Made by a program: the position numbers and the translations under genes | Part shown: positions 13,449 through 26,367 of the stretch, in pieces | Layout: each line of letters opens with the position of its first letter | Numbering within the stretch: the stretch's first letter is position 1 | The notes under the pieces: generated by a model | What the model was told of the DNA's origin: nothing | What the model saw: the letters and a program-made list of their open reading frames with translations, nothing else | Databases searched by the model: none | NCBI GenBank assembly: GCA_951406725.2 | Contig: OX597826.1 | Location: 47,244,001 to 47,308,000, forward strand | Direction of reading: 5' to 3' | Origin: Octopus vulgaris | Lineage: Eukaryota | Length of the DNA stretch: 64,000 bases

Positions 13449-15221
13449 TATATACACACGTCTATGTGTGTGTTTGTACTGTGAAGTATGTGACAATAAT
13501 TGTAGGTGTGCGTGTACTTACGTCTGGCTTCATATCCATCTGCTGTATAAACATCTCGATATTTGCGTTTATTATAAGAAGCAACTTGTTTGTCTTCTTT
13601 TTATTGTGTCTTATTTTACTTACGTTGTTTTGCTTCCTTTTATCTTTGTATGTCGGCCATTGTTTGACATATTTTCTTTGTTTTCTTCACTATTACATAT
13701 GTCTGCTTACCTGCAGTAAAATGGCGGCTGAACTGTGAAAATATTTCCTTTTCATCTTTTTGTTTTATCATCTTATTTGTGTCACGTTTTATGTTTTTCT
13801 TTTCTTCTGTATTATTTTCCGTTCTATCTTTTGTATTTTCTATCATAAATATCGTTGTTAGAAATGAAACAATTTATATATGTATTGTAAACAAGATGGC
13901 TTCTCTCACATTAGTATTTCCGCTTGTTTAACGCTATGCCCGTATTTTCAAATTTTGTTTTCTCTTTCTAATTTGTTTAAGCCTTTATTTATTTCTATAT
14001 TTATTTATTCATGACGTTCCTTTTCTTTTCTTTCTTGTTAAAATTACTCCTTTTTACCTGTTTTTCTTCGTATTTGAGAGGTGGAACAATTTGCAACAAA
14101 CGTTTTATAAACAATAATGAAATCAAATTTAGTTGACATAGCATCGTAGTCTGTTTTATATCAACGTCGTCGCCGAAGTTATTATTATTTCCATTGTCAT
14201 AATTATCATTTGCTTCCTTCTCTTCGCCATCGGCATCATGGCAGCTGTAAATCTAGACATAGTTAAATTGTTGCACAGAGAAAAGGATTGAAAATCTACT
14301 CACCTTACAAAGATTAAAAAGTTCAATAACACCTAGATTTTATTTATGATATTATGTCTAGTATCTAACTAGAAATAGCTGTGAAATATCCCTCAACTCA
14401 CATCTTGTACATCTTCAAGAGAGAAGAGAAAAACTGAACGAGGTGCCCTATGTCTGAAACTAAGTGAAACTTAGCAAGACTTCGCGTATACCATATGTAC
14501 TCGTGTAATAAGACAAAGTCGTGTGTAAACTGCACATCTAATTTATTGTTAAATGTTGGTACAAAATTAATTCACCTCAAAATTTTAGCTTTCCCGCGTG
14601 TCTAATAAGTACTCGATGTTTATAAATTAAAATCAAGTTAACATAGTGCAACTTATATACAAGTAAATATGCTAATTGTATTTATTTGGCCTAAATCTGT
14701 CAGTTATCTGTTACTTTTCCTGAGATTTGAAATTTTCAGGGTATTAAATTGACATTTGTTTTCTGCTGCATATTACAGAATGAGTCCTGTAATGCATTCA
14801 ATTGTTGGTAAAGCATCTCTTCAGACATCTTCGTATATCTTCATGAAGTTAAAACAAGTATGATCGAGCATTTACCTGCAATTTACCCTAAAACCACTGG
14901 GGCTAGGCCTTTCGCAATACCAGTTAATGAAGCAATTGCTGTTTATGGTGTCTTCATGTCTTAAGATTATAAACTATTATTACTATTGAAAAATATACAT
15001 GTACATACACATACACATTCGTACATACATGCGAGCCGCTAAGTTGAAGAGACACAAACGATCAACACTGGTCTAGTGGTGGTGGGAAACAAAAACACAA
15101 ACATAAAGACACACTTATACGCACGCACACACTCACAAACACACACACACATATACATACATGCACATACACAGTATTAATAAATAAAAAAGTTTGGGTG
15201 GAACCTATAAACATTTAATGC

Positions 15222-15355
15222 ATCGCTTCGTGCATTTCCACAAACCACATGTCCCTTAAGATCACAGCCCGTATTTCTGAGATGATTACAGTGTAGTCAG
15301 TAGTATCCTTGGGCATCGAGTAGATCACCTTCATGGTTTCATTTCATCAGGCGAT
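15222..15355 (-). ncRNA. Type-I hammerhead motif with ~105-nt stem II insert (3' core decayed)
   Basis: Minus strand reads atcgc CTGATGA ... aaacca ... tggttt gtg GAAA tgcacg aa gcgat. Stem I atcgc/gcgat is perfect; the homologous copy at 8092-8108 supplies the intact GAAACGCGCGTA. Confidence 0.65.
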
Positions 15356-15461
15356 ATAACGTTAATGGATGTTTACAAGAAGGATGCATAATGTAATTGT
15401 AGCTGTATTTGCATATTCAAAACGTTTCCCATAAAGAAATTGAATATATACGACAGGAAAG

Positions 15462-15728
15462 TCTTTAAATTTCTGTCTACGAAGTCTACTAACAAGTCTT
15501 TTGTCGGCTCTGGGCTACAGCAGGAAAAAAAGGGTGTAGCGCTGTGGGATTTAATCCAGAAGTATGTAGCGGGAAAGCATACTTCTTACCAAGAAGATAT
15601 GCCTGAAACAGACGGAAGTACCAGGCTTTGAAGGATATGTACTGAGGTCGATTTGTTCTACTAAAGCCCACAAGGTTTTGCCCCAGTATAGCTGCAGTCA
15701 AATTACTGTTACAACCAGAGGATAAAAA
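15462..15728 (+). mobile_element. Degenerate SINE group A fragments
   Basis: aagtaccaggctttgaagg ... ggtcgatttgttctactaaag ... ccagtatagctgcagtcaaattactg resembles the A tail; the left part resembles an inverted A head. Confidence 0.5.
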
Positions 15729-16228
15729 AAAATATGGTAATTATTCTTAGCTTTTCTTCCACTCATGTAATATTTGGCAACTCACTATATATGATAGAAT
15801 GTAACTCTTCCGTTATTTATGACCATTATTTATATAGAAGTTTTTTTTATGTAGATTATATCTTATTTGCGATACCCTAGTAAGTTAAATCTAATTACAG
15901 AAATACCCAGTTTTAGAAAGTTAACTCTTATACGGCTTTGATTATTGTAAGGCTCTATATGTTGTGTTAGAAATGACATTAACTACACTAATCTTCAACA
16001 TAGCGTTAAGCCTTTAAATATATCTATGAGCACGCATACAACTTTCGTAATTGCATTTATTTTCTTTAATGTTTTTGTCAAGAGAAAGGATATCTATATA
16101 TATATATACTTACGTAAGTATATGTATGCATATATATATATATATGTGAGTGTATGTGTGCATATATATATATATATATGCTTGTATGTGTGTATATAAA
16201 TATACATATCTATATGTGTATATATATG

Positions 16229-16282
<54 letters not shown>

Positions 16283-16285
16283 TAA

Positions 16286-16356
<71 letters not shown>

Positions 16357-17390
16357 CGCAACGTGTTAGAACATAGGGACTCAGCCTACAGTATCTTGTT
16401 CATACAGTAAGAGCAAAATATTTCTTGCATTATATCTTCCCAGTCTGTCCTTATCGATAACTATGGAACTTTGGTTCCATTTTGGCGTCGACAAGAACCA
16501 ACATTATTTATACACTGCAATAATTAGTACTATTCACAAGGAACGGAATCATCAATGGTTTTATTCCATCGACGTACGTGGAAGTAACGAAACAGACCTC
16601 CAAAAACAGCGTCATTAGGTCTAGTGGTTAAAACATTAATATAACCTAATGGAATAAAGTTTGCAGAAAAATATTTTGTAATTAAGAACGTAGGAGAAGA
16701 ATTATTTGCACACCCGTTCCTTACTGACAAATTAATTGATAGTCTAAGTCACCTGTTTCTGAAGAGGCATTCAATTAACTTACAAAATGAACTTGGCTTC
16801 GATTCGAATATCTGTCAAGACTCGTTTGTCTACATCTATCATATTACAATGATCATATTACACATTTCACTTCATGTAAATCGCTGCTATAGATATAATG
16901 AAATGTGTGATCACGTCATGTTGATCAGACAACTGGTGAATCAAGCCTTTAAGCTGCCTAATGTCAATGTCAACTATTATCTTGGAACCATGACAGAAGT
17001 TGATACTCTTGTCATTATAACGTAAAGCCATTCCGAATGATTTGTGATTGTTTGAAATATCTTTAGCGTTAGATGTTTACAATCACACTTCTTTTCTGCC
17101 AACAATTCTAGAAATATTAGTGCTAATTACAATTTTTCGTTAACATAATATAACAACGCAATTAAGATAACTGCAATTTAATAGCAACGAGGGTCACCAA
17201 CACGTTTCTGTAGTTAAGAAATTCGTTTTATAAAATCTGGTTCTGTGTTCGAGCCCAACGTACTATATCTTCAAAAAGTAGCTTCTGGGATAGATAGCAT
17301 CGACTTCAACAATACTCTGTAAATGGAAGACGGTTAGTGAAATTTTGTGAAAATTTATACACACGAATCCACCAAAATGCACTCAATTTT

Positions 17391-17407
17391 TACTACTACG
17401 ACTGCTG

Positions 17408-17490
<83 letters not shown>
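17391..17490. repeat. (TAC)n(TAA)n microsatellite
   Basis: Direct reading. Confidence 0.95.
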
Positions 17491-17491
<1 letters not shown>

Positions 17492-17767
17492 GTACAAGGT
17501 CATGCATATTAAGGAGAAGGGTTATAAGTATTATCATTGACTCCAGTACTTCACTCATCGATCTCCAAAGGATGAAAATTAAAGTTGATCACAGAAGGGG
17601 GTGAATTTAGAACATAAAGCGTCGGAAGAAATATCACAAAGCATTTTTTCAACACTTGAACTATTCTGATTCCATCACCACAACTGCCGCTACCAAAGTA
17701 GGAACGCAAGATTTCCTCGTTTATATTTTGAATTTCTTTGTTCCCGCGCCTGCTTTCATTTTACATT

Positions 17768-17810
17768 TTGAACTTGAAGAAGACAGACGAGCTATCGAAT
17801 TATCGTTCAA
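17768..17810 (+). ncRNA. Minimal hammerhead motif, partly decayed
   Basis: ttgaac TTGAAGA a gacag-acgag-ctatc GAAT TA TC gttcaa: perfect 6-bp stem I, 4/5-bp stem II, two core substitutions; AATAAA follows at about 17819. Confidence 0.6.
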
Positions 17811-17899
17811 GCCGTTTAAATAAACAATCTATTAAAAATCGAATCGCGCCCTTCCTATAGTCTAACAACAACAACAACAAAATGTTTTTCTTATTAAAT

Positions 17900-18306
17900 T
17901 TAGCGCAAGTAAATTTGAAACGAGATTAAAGTCACTTACATCGACCCTTAAGGTTGGTGTATTTTATCAACCTTGAACGGATGAAAGGCAAAGTTTACCT
18001 GAACGTGATTTGAGCTGTGTATATGCTGAAGAAATTTTACAAAGAGTTTTATCCTTTCTACAATAGGCACAACGCCTGGAATTTCACTAGTCGATTACGT
18101 CGACCCCGGTGCTGAACTTGTACTTCTTTTATCGACCCAGAGGTGAGGAAAGACAGAGTCGGCCCTGAGGACAAATTTCGTAGAATTCTGCTTTGTTTGT
18201 CATCGCTTCGGGGTCGATAATATAAGTATCAGTCAAATACTGGGGTTGATGTCGTCAACTTTTCCCTCTTCTCAAAAACTGCTGCCCTGTGCAAAAATTT
18301 GAAGCC

Positions 18307-18310
<4 letters not shown>
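17900..18310. mobile_element. Cluster of SINE group B fragments in both orientations
   Basis: tttatcgaccc, atgaaaggcaaagtt and cttcggggtcgataatataagtatcag motifs; another decayed copy at about 17500-17680. Confidence 0.7.
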
Positions 18311-18380
<70 letters not shown>

Positions 18381-18394
18381 TAATAATAGTAATA

Positions 18395-18925
18395 AATGCC
18401 CTGATGCAGTACCAGGCTGTGGCTCTCATGGTTTTTGATCTTAACTGATTGAAAGTGTTATCATGTAAATCGTTTTGTGTTGGTATAAAAGGTGGGCTAC
18501 TGTAAGTATTCTGCTCAGTACCACAGATTTGCTTGTCAGTTGTTTGACCTTAACCAGTTGCGCATATCCCTTAGTGGCTGACGTTCAGTGCATCTCTGAT
18601 CATGAGCAGATGTAGTGATGGAACATCATAGCCATATGTTGAAAGGAATTCTTTGGGGTTTGGATAATTCAAATTTGGAAACATGGATGTTTTGTTCATC
18701 ATCCTTAAACAACCTTTATTCTAGGACCTTTCGAGCGGAATGGGCTACTCGATCTGGAGAAAATTCTAACTGGGCCCCATCTGCAAGGTCATGTGCTGTT
18801 TATATTGACATGAGATCACCATGTCGTGTACATATGGTTGTGATGCACGCGCCTGGTGCACCCTTATCAGACCTGTAGTCATGATGGGTATACTGGGTTT
18901 TGTATATTTTACCCCAGTGATACTT
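18395..18925. mobile_element. Probable interspersed repeat abutting (TAA)n, family unassigned
   Basis: Sharp-edged, GC-richer ~530-bp block starting at a (TAA)n tract; single copy here, so repeat status is inferred. Confidence 0.4.
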
Positions 18926-18972
18926 TTCTTTATACATGTATGTGTAACTGAACGCGATGCATCCATTTCCAA

Positions 18973-19019
<47 letters not shown>

Positions 19020-19054
19020 GTGGAGGTAACTTAGGGTAACTTTCTAGGCACAAT

Positions 19055-19390
19055 CTCATGAATGACCATGAGATTGCACCTAGAAAGTTACCCTCCGAGG
19101 TACAAGTCCGAGCAAGGTTATTTTTAGGGAAGACCAATAGTCACCCATACATACCGGCCTCCCTTCTCCATGCCATCAGTGTTATCCAAGGGAAAAGCAA
19201 GGGCCGATATAGCTTGACACCAGTGAGGTCACAACTCACTTCTACAGCTGCGTGAACTGGAGCAACGTGAAATAAAGTGTCTTACTCAAGAACACAACAT
19301 GCAGCCCGGTCCGGGATTCGAACTCACAACCTGACTGTCGTAAGTTCGACGCTCTCACCACTGAGCCATGCCACTGAGCCATGCGCCTTC
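19055..19390 (-). mobile_element. SINE group D copy with alternative tail
   Basis: ggagcaacgtgaaataaagtgtcttactcaagaacacaac ... cccggtccgggattcgaactc matches 3895-3960; the tail differs from that copy. Confidence 0.8.
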
Positions 19391-19395
19391 ACACA

Positions 19396-19439
<44 letters not shown>

Positions 19440-19441
19440 TG

Positions 19442-19743
19442 TATCACCGTGATCACAGTGACCGACCAGGCTATCAGATGCTGCTACACATCGCTGGTCA
19501 CAATGCGCTTCGCATTGTTTTATCCTTCAAATGACGCCACCCCGCTGGCTAAGCGAACAGGCCAACAGAAGAAAGAGTGAGAGAAAGTTATGGTGAAAGA
19601 GTACAGCAGGGATCGCCACCTCCCCACTGCCGAGGCCTCGTTGAGCTTTAGGTATTTTCGCTCACAACGCCCGGTCTGGGAATCGAAAGCGCGATCCTAC
19701 GACCGCGAGTCCGCTGCCCTAACCACTGGGCCATTGCGCCTCC
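19442..19743 (-). mobile_element. SINE group C (tRNA-derived head), tail type 1
   Basis: Near-identical to 39335-39645 and 42486-42793. Confidence 0.9.
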
Positions 19744-19782
<39 letters not shown>

Positions 19783-20281
19783 CACACATACATACATATA
19801 TACATACATACATGCATACATACATACATACATACAAACATACATACATGTATACATACATAGATCATATACGTACATAGTTACATGCATGTAACTATGT
19901 ATATGTCTATCAATGTACATACGCAAACTGCACTTATTTCCAAAGGTTAAATGAAAAAAAAATAATAATTAGCAAAGATTCTTGAAAATTTCATGCTTAC
20001 ATGAATTTGCATTTGTAAAAAATATTTTTGATGGAGCAGGAATTAATAAGAAATTAATTAATAAGTAATTAATGGAAAATAAGTGAAAAATAACTAAATC
20101 AAAAACATAAGAAATGTACATCGATGAAAAAAATGAATATTAAATAATAGAAAGCAAATAAATGCAAAAACAAAACATTTAATAATTTGTTACTGTTGTT
20201 GTTGTTGTTGCTATGGCCGTTGTTGCTCCTCTCCGATCAGAGACACGAAAACCTTGACTCTCCAGTCTTATTTCAAATAGT

Positions 20282-20604
20282 GGAGGCGCAATGGCCCAGT
20301 AGTTAGGTCAGCGGACTCGCGGTCATAGGATCGCGGTTTCGATTCCCAGACCGGGCGTTGTGAGTGTTTATTGAGCGAAAACACCTAAAGCTCCACGAGG
20401 CTTCCTGTTTCTGTTGTACCTGTATTTCAAAGGGCCGGCCTTGTCACTCTCTGTGTTTACGTTGAATATCCCCGAGAACTACGTTAAGGGTACACGTGTC
20501 TGTGGAGTGCTCAGCCACTTACACGTTAATTTCACGAGCAGGCTGTTCCGTTGGTCGGATCAACCGGAACCCTCATCGTCGTAACCGACGGAGTGCTTCC
20601 ATCC
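20282..20604 (+). mobile_element. SINE group C, tail type 2, with target-site duplication
   Basis: ggaggcgcaatggcccagtagttagg ... ggtttcgattcc head; flanked by atttcaaata at 20270-20279 and 20605-20614. Confidence 0.9.
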
Positions 20605-20975
20605 ATTTCAAATACGAGGCGGTTTTCAAGAGTTTGAAAGGTTTTTAGGACAGGCTGTTATCACTGTTCTCATCAACATCAAGACCCTTTAACTTTCATG
20701 GTCAGCCGTCGCCACTGGTCTCTACTCCCTGTCATCCGTAATAGTGTCGCTGTGTTGTGACACGTCCAGTTCTTGATGTTGTAAAACCAGGATTTTCTTC
20801 GTCTGCCTCTCTTTCACCCTCCCTCAACTGTGCTCAGGAAACTGGTTTGGGGCAGGGAATCATGGTGGGATACACAACCGTACAAGGCAAGCTTCCATTT
20901 TGTTTTTTACCGACTTGCTATCTAACAAAGCTTCTCGTTTGACTCTGTGTTCTAGGTTATTGTAATTTTAGTATA

Positions 20976-21127
20976 TCATGGGTCCGGTTTCCCGGTTTCT
21001 GTAGCGTATGTGTTCCCCTTAGCTGGACGGGACGCCAGTCCATCGCAGCGTTACTCAAGAAACATGAAGAGAGAGTGAGAGAAAGTTGTGGCGAGAGAGT
21101 ACTTCAAGGGTCGCCACCACTCCCTGC
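20976..21127 (-). repeat. Inverted duplicate of the 3' half of the adjacent SINE
   Basis: Reverse complement of 21259-21410 with few differences. Confidence 0.9.
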
Positions 21128-21133
21128 TGAGCT

Positions 21134-21434
21134 GGATGCGCACTGGCCCAGTGGTTAGGGCAGTGAACTCGCGGTCGGAGGATAGCGGTTTTGATTCCTC
21201 GACCGGGCGTTGTGTGTGTTTATTGAGCGAAAATACCTAAAAGCTCCACGAGGCTCCGGCAGGGAGTGGTGGCGACCCTTGAATTACTCTCTCGCCGCAA
21301 CTTTCTCTCACTCTCTCTTCATGTTTCTTGAGTAACGCTGCGATGGACTGGCGTCCCGTCCAGCTAGGGGGAACACATACGCTACAGAAACCGGGGAACC
21401 GGACCCATGACCCTAGCTAGACTTGAAAAGGGCG
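21134..21434 (+). mobile_element. SINE group C, tail type 3
   Basis: C head (tggcccagtggttagggcag ... ccgggcgttgtg) joined to the gcgatggactggcgtcccgtccagct ... gaaaagggcg tail also found on the D copy at 3770. Confidence 0.85.
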
Positions 21435-21659
21435 AAAAGAAGAATAAGGTGAGCCGCCGATGTTTGTATACCAGATTGCTGTAACAGCACTTTGAACACA
21501 CTATATTAAAATTACTTGTCATCCAAGTAAACGCTAGTTTGCTGAATGCAGTCAGGACCCGATGATAATTGTTAAGCTCACTATGCAATAGTGTTATTTG
21601 TAAAACTTGAACTCTTCAGACTGCTTATGGATTACCCAGTATGTGTTTTTCACTGGTAC

Positions 21660-22125
21660 AAAAAGGCAGACAAATCAGGTTCAGCTAGAAACACATGATT
21701 ATTCCCCCCTTTTTCATACTAAGGGCATCATCTACATCCAGTGGGTTCCTCTCGTCAAACGTTGAACAAAGAGTGCTTTTGAAAATGTTCAGAAAGAGAT
21801 TTCGTCGCAAGAGTCCACACCATCTGCACTAAGACAATGATCCAGCACACAATTCCATCCTGGAAAATCCAACTATTTGACAGAGATGCGTATCTAAAGT
21901 ATCCGTCGCCGTCTCTACAGTCCAGACCTTGCTCACTGTAACTTTCGTTTGCCCCGCCCCCTCCTTCCCACAAGCTGAAGGAGAACCTTGATGGAAGTCG
22001 TTTTAAAGACACGAGGGTGACTGTAACAAGGCTTCTGAAGCGCTTCACTTTTTGAGGACTTCTCTAGGGCTTTTATTTGGTGACTGGAGCGCTACAAAAA
22101 CTGCACTGAAGTCAGATGATCCTAC
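21660..22125 (+). pseudogene. Mariner (Tc1/mariner) transposase catalytic-domain remnant
   Basis: Manual translation across frameshifts gives KGIIYIQWVP, H*DNDPAH (cf. HDNAPAH), YSPDLAHCNF from 21916 (cf. YSPDLAPCDF) and KLKENLDGSRFKD. Confidence 0.85.
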
Positions 22126-22234
22126 TTCGAAGATTAGAGTTTTGTACTTCCTTCACATTAATAAATGTCTTTCCCTAAAAAGTGTCAAAACTTCACGATT
22201 GTTATAAATCCGCCAATCCACTTACCTTAAAACA

Positions 22235-23200
22235 TTGGGTTGATCTCGGTGAGATTTGAACATAGAACTTAAAGTGCTGAAACAAATACTTCATAGAACA
22301 TGTCCAACATTCTAACAATTCTACCAATTCGACAAATAAGAAACACTTTCATTTTAGGCAGAAGAACAGATGTTTTGGTGAAAATAAATCGACCAAATAC
22401 TTGACTAATACACTATTTTTATCAACCACCAAGAGATTAAATGAATGAAGATTTTTAAATTATGGCACAAAGCCAGCAATTTTAGAGATTGTAAGTCTCG
22501 ACCCCAGTGTTCTACCGATAATTATTTTATCGCTTCTAAAGACAAAGGTAACCTCGGCAGAATTTAAGCTTAGCACGTAGATTCGGAAGACAATTCTTAA
22601 AAATTTGCCCGCCATGAAAGTGATTCTGCGAGCTCGCAGAATAACAACAATGATTTCTAATTTAGGCCCAAACTTTTTAGTGGAGTGGTTACTCAAATAA
22701 ATTGACCCTAATATTTCCATGTTACTTTCTTATACCGAATCCAAAAGGCAACTATGTCCTCGGACCGATTTGAAATCAGAATAAAATAACGAAAGATAAT
22801 TTTTCGACTCGCCTCAACGCTTTAGATTCTTATCTGGGCACCAGAGTAACAATTTTCTGGAGTGGAACTTAGTCGATTAAAACAAGATCAGAACTTTACT
22901 GGTGATTCATTATAACGATACCCGATGCTCGAAGCGTAGATTTGACCCCAATGGGTTTTGTAACCAGAACGTAAAGAGCCGAACAAATGACGGAAGATCC
23001 TTCATCGACTCACCAATGGTTTGATTATGGAGCTAGACTAACAATTTTTAGAAGAGAAGCTTAGTAGTCTAAAAGAACGAACCTAGAAGAATGAATGACA
23101 AAATTAACCACGGCTAGATTTGATATCAGAACGTAAAGAAACGGAACTAATATTACAAAATATGGCATTTTGTCAGACATTTTAACGATTCTGCAATCCA
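22235..23200 (-). mobile_element. Array of about 5-6 decayed SINE group B copies
   Basis: Recurring ggcacaaagccagcaatttt, tcgaccccagt, aaaggtaacctcggcagaattt and cagaacgtaaag blocks in the same orientation. Confidence 0.65.
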
Positions 23201-23792
23201 AAATCTTTACGTCACCTAAGAAATAAAATAAAAATTTACTTGGCTCTTGATATCTTGTTTATTTGCAAATGCAAAAACGGTATTTGTTTCCAAGCAGCAT
23301 TATTGATATGTATTCATGACTCTGTTCTCCTTTCAGATGCGAAAATACGAAATTTCCATAAGAGCACCAGATTATCGATAAGAACACACAACAAGACACA
23401 TTATACGAATTACACAATAAGCGATGTATTTTAAGTGTCAAATATTTTAAGTGTTGGATTACATCATTCTTATCACTTGATATTTTCCATAAAACTCATC
23501 TGAAGTATTGGCCGAAATGTTAAACATACCCGACAGTATATCCAGTCAAGATATATCTATCTGAAAACTTCTTCTGCACAGATATTATATAAGAAACTGA
23601 CCTTATAGCTTATAATGTCACAGTTATCCATAACATAGCGTTTAAGTTATTATTACACTCAGATTCGTAAACCTAATTTTTCATTGTTCTTGAAAGTAAT
23701 CTTCACCCAGGATGTAAGGAAAATAATATATATATATATATTCATATATACATACATAAATACATACATACATACATACATACATACATACG

Positions 23793-23856
<64 letters not shown>

Positions 23857-23938
23857 GCTCAGAGATATAATATAATATATACCTTTCTTATACACACACA
23901 CATACACACATGATAAATAAATAAAGATTGATGGGGAA

Positions 23939-24003
<65 letters not shown>

Positions 24004-25158
24004 CGGACGGACGGAGAGATTCACACATAGTGAGCTATGAAGCTTCAAATGCACTCACATATTGTCTCACACATAAGTATAGTGTGTACATACGCACAAA
24101 CACACCGACACAGACACACAGACACACAGACACACACAGTCATATATTAAGAAAAAACAAAAAAAAAGAAAAAAACTTGTGAAATACAGCTACCCAGAGT
24201 TTCCTAACTGAAAACAAAAAAAAACTGTTTTGCAATTGGATTCGATATAATCGAAGTTTGAACCAGCATGCGTATTTAGAAAAAGACGGAGCGCAATAAA
24301 ATCACGTGATCAACAACAAAATGGATTACTTATTGTCTAGTAGATTATTTTGCATACGTTCAGATGTATTTTATAAAATGCGGACATAATGAAAAATTCT
24401 CCGGGTATTTTTACACTCCCTGGAGGTTCTTAGGTTTCTTTTACAAGATACAGTTTTTGAAGCGAGCATTCTGAACTTCTTTTTGACCCGTTCATGTAAA
24501 CTTTTTTTTTTACAATGGATCGTCAAATTATATGTTGTATTTGATGCACACGTCCTTAATTCTCCAGATTGATACTGAGAGGGTTATTGCATGTTACTTC
24601 TCGGAGTGTCTAAATACAAAAGATGGTTGTTGTGTTTGGATTTAAATATTCCCGCCACTGATCATATATATAAAATTTGGTTTCTCTCCGCCGATGTCAT
24701 AGCTTGCCGATACCTGTACTTCATAAACAAGGGAGGCTATGTAGCATATCTGTCTCTAAAGGAAATTTAGATTTATGCTTTCATGTGTATCCAAGACGCT
24801 TTCGTGCCATCGGATGCTTATTGAATACATCTTTACATTAGGAGGACATGAATACGTAAATTTAGATTGTGTGTTTATTGAATATCTTCCGATACTTAAG
24901 GCTGCTAGTAAAGTTATTATCTTATAAGAGAAAGAATCTTCTACCTCTAATTGTTCAAAAATTTAGGACGAAAGGCGGAGAGAGACATAAATTATTATGG
25001 GACCTTTTCCCCTACAACCAGATGATTGAATAGGGGGAGGGTTATAATATATATATTTTTTATTCGTTAAGCCACTATCCTGTAAAACCTTATTACATGT
25101 GAAAGCCTTTTCAAATATTTCGGTATATGGGTGTGCATTTATTTCTGTGGATAGTATA

Positions 25159-25233
<75 letters not shown>

Positions 25234-25379
25234 GTGTGTATAACTATATATATATATAGAGAGAGAGACATATATATATATTTACACACATATATACATA
25301 TATATTATATATGTATGTATATGTGTGCGTGGATATGTAGATATAAGTATATATATGCAGGTATGTGTATATATATATA

Positions 25380-25427
<48 letters not shown>

Positions 25428-25577
25428 GTAAATTAGAAATAAAAACCACTATTATGCAATTCAAACAATGATATACATTAAACAAAACATAAATAACAAA
25501 TAAAAAATATGTTTATAAAACATATAACTAGATGCCAAAAGTATAAAAATGAATAGTCAATATATAATAAGTAAAAA

Positions 25578-25677
25578 AACTACGTACGTTTCATGGCTAT
25601 AATGAAATTCGAATTACAATTAAATTTAAATTTAATTGAAATGAATTCAATTTAAATTTATAGTCAATCTTCAGGTT
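25578..25677 (-). ncRNA. Type-I hammerhead motif with 75-nt AT-rich stem II
   Basis: Minus strand reads aac CTGAAGA ttgactataa ... ttatagccat GAAA C GTAC GTA gtt. Core intact, ACGTACGT palindromic stem III, 22-bp perfect palindrome at 25617-25638 in the stem II apex; stem I is only 3 bp. Confidence 0.75.
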
Positions 25678-26263
25678 AACAATGATAGTTAAATAAATAA
25701 GCAAAAGAGAGTTAAACAATATTTATTCAAAAAAATATATAAAATAATGATTTTTCTTGTAGAAGAAACTCCATTAACCATATTTGAAACTTAAAACATT
25801 AGGATCAGTTTCCTACAATACATTTAATAAACTTTGTGGATGAAAGATCTGGCAACTTTTAAGAATTGTGATATTTATAAATCACCATGCTCACCTTTTA
25901 CAATCACAATAACAGCATGCATCTTCCTTTCTTGAGTAAGCTGAGGGTCTGCCATTATTATTTTCTGAAACAAAGATTATACAGAGTTAGTAAAAAATGC
26001 AACAATGACCCAAAAAAGGTATGTCCTTAAATACCTTACACACCTTGTATATGTATATTCATGTACTCCTTTACTTGTTTCAGTCATTTGACTGCGGCCA
26101 CGCTGGAGCACCGCCTATAGTCGAACAAATCGACTCCAGGTCTTATCTTATTCTTTTTCAGCTTGTTACTTATTCTACCGGGGTCTTTTGACGAACCGAT
26201 AAGTTAAAGGGACGTAAAGGCACTAACATTAGTTGTCAAGTGATGGTGGGGGAACACACAGAT

Positions 26264-26366
<103 letters not shown>

Positions 26367-26367
26367 C

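Noticed and set aside
20613-22206. Full mariner element bounded by TIRs at 20613 and about 22200
   Set aside because: The left tacgagg start is suggestive, but the match to the putative right end is too weak to call.
23497-23530. ctgaagta ... gccgaaatgtt as a hammerhead
   Set aside because: Core mismatch and no pairing for stems I or II.
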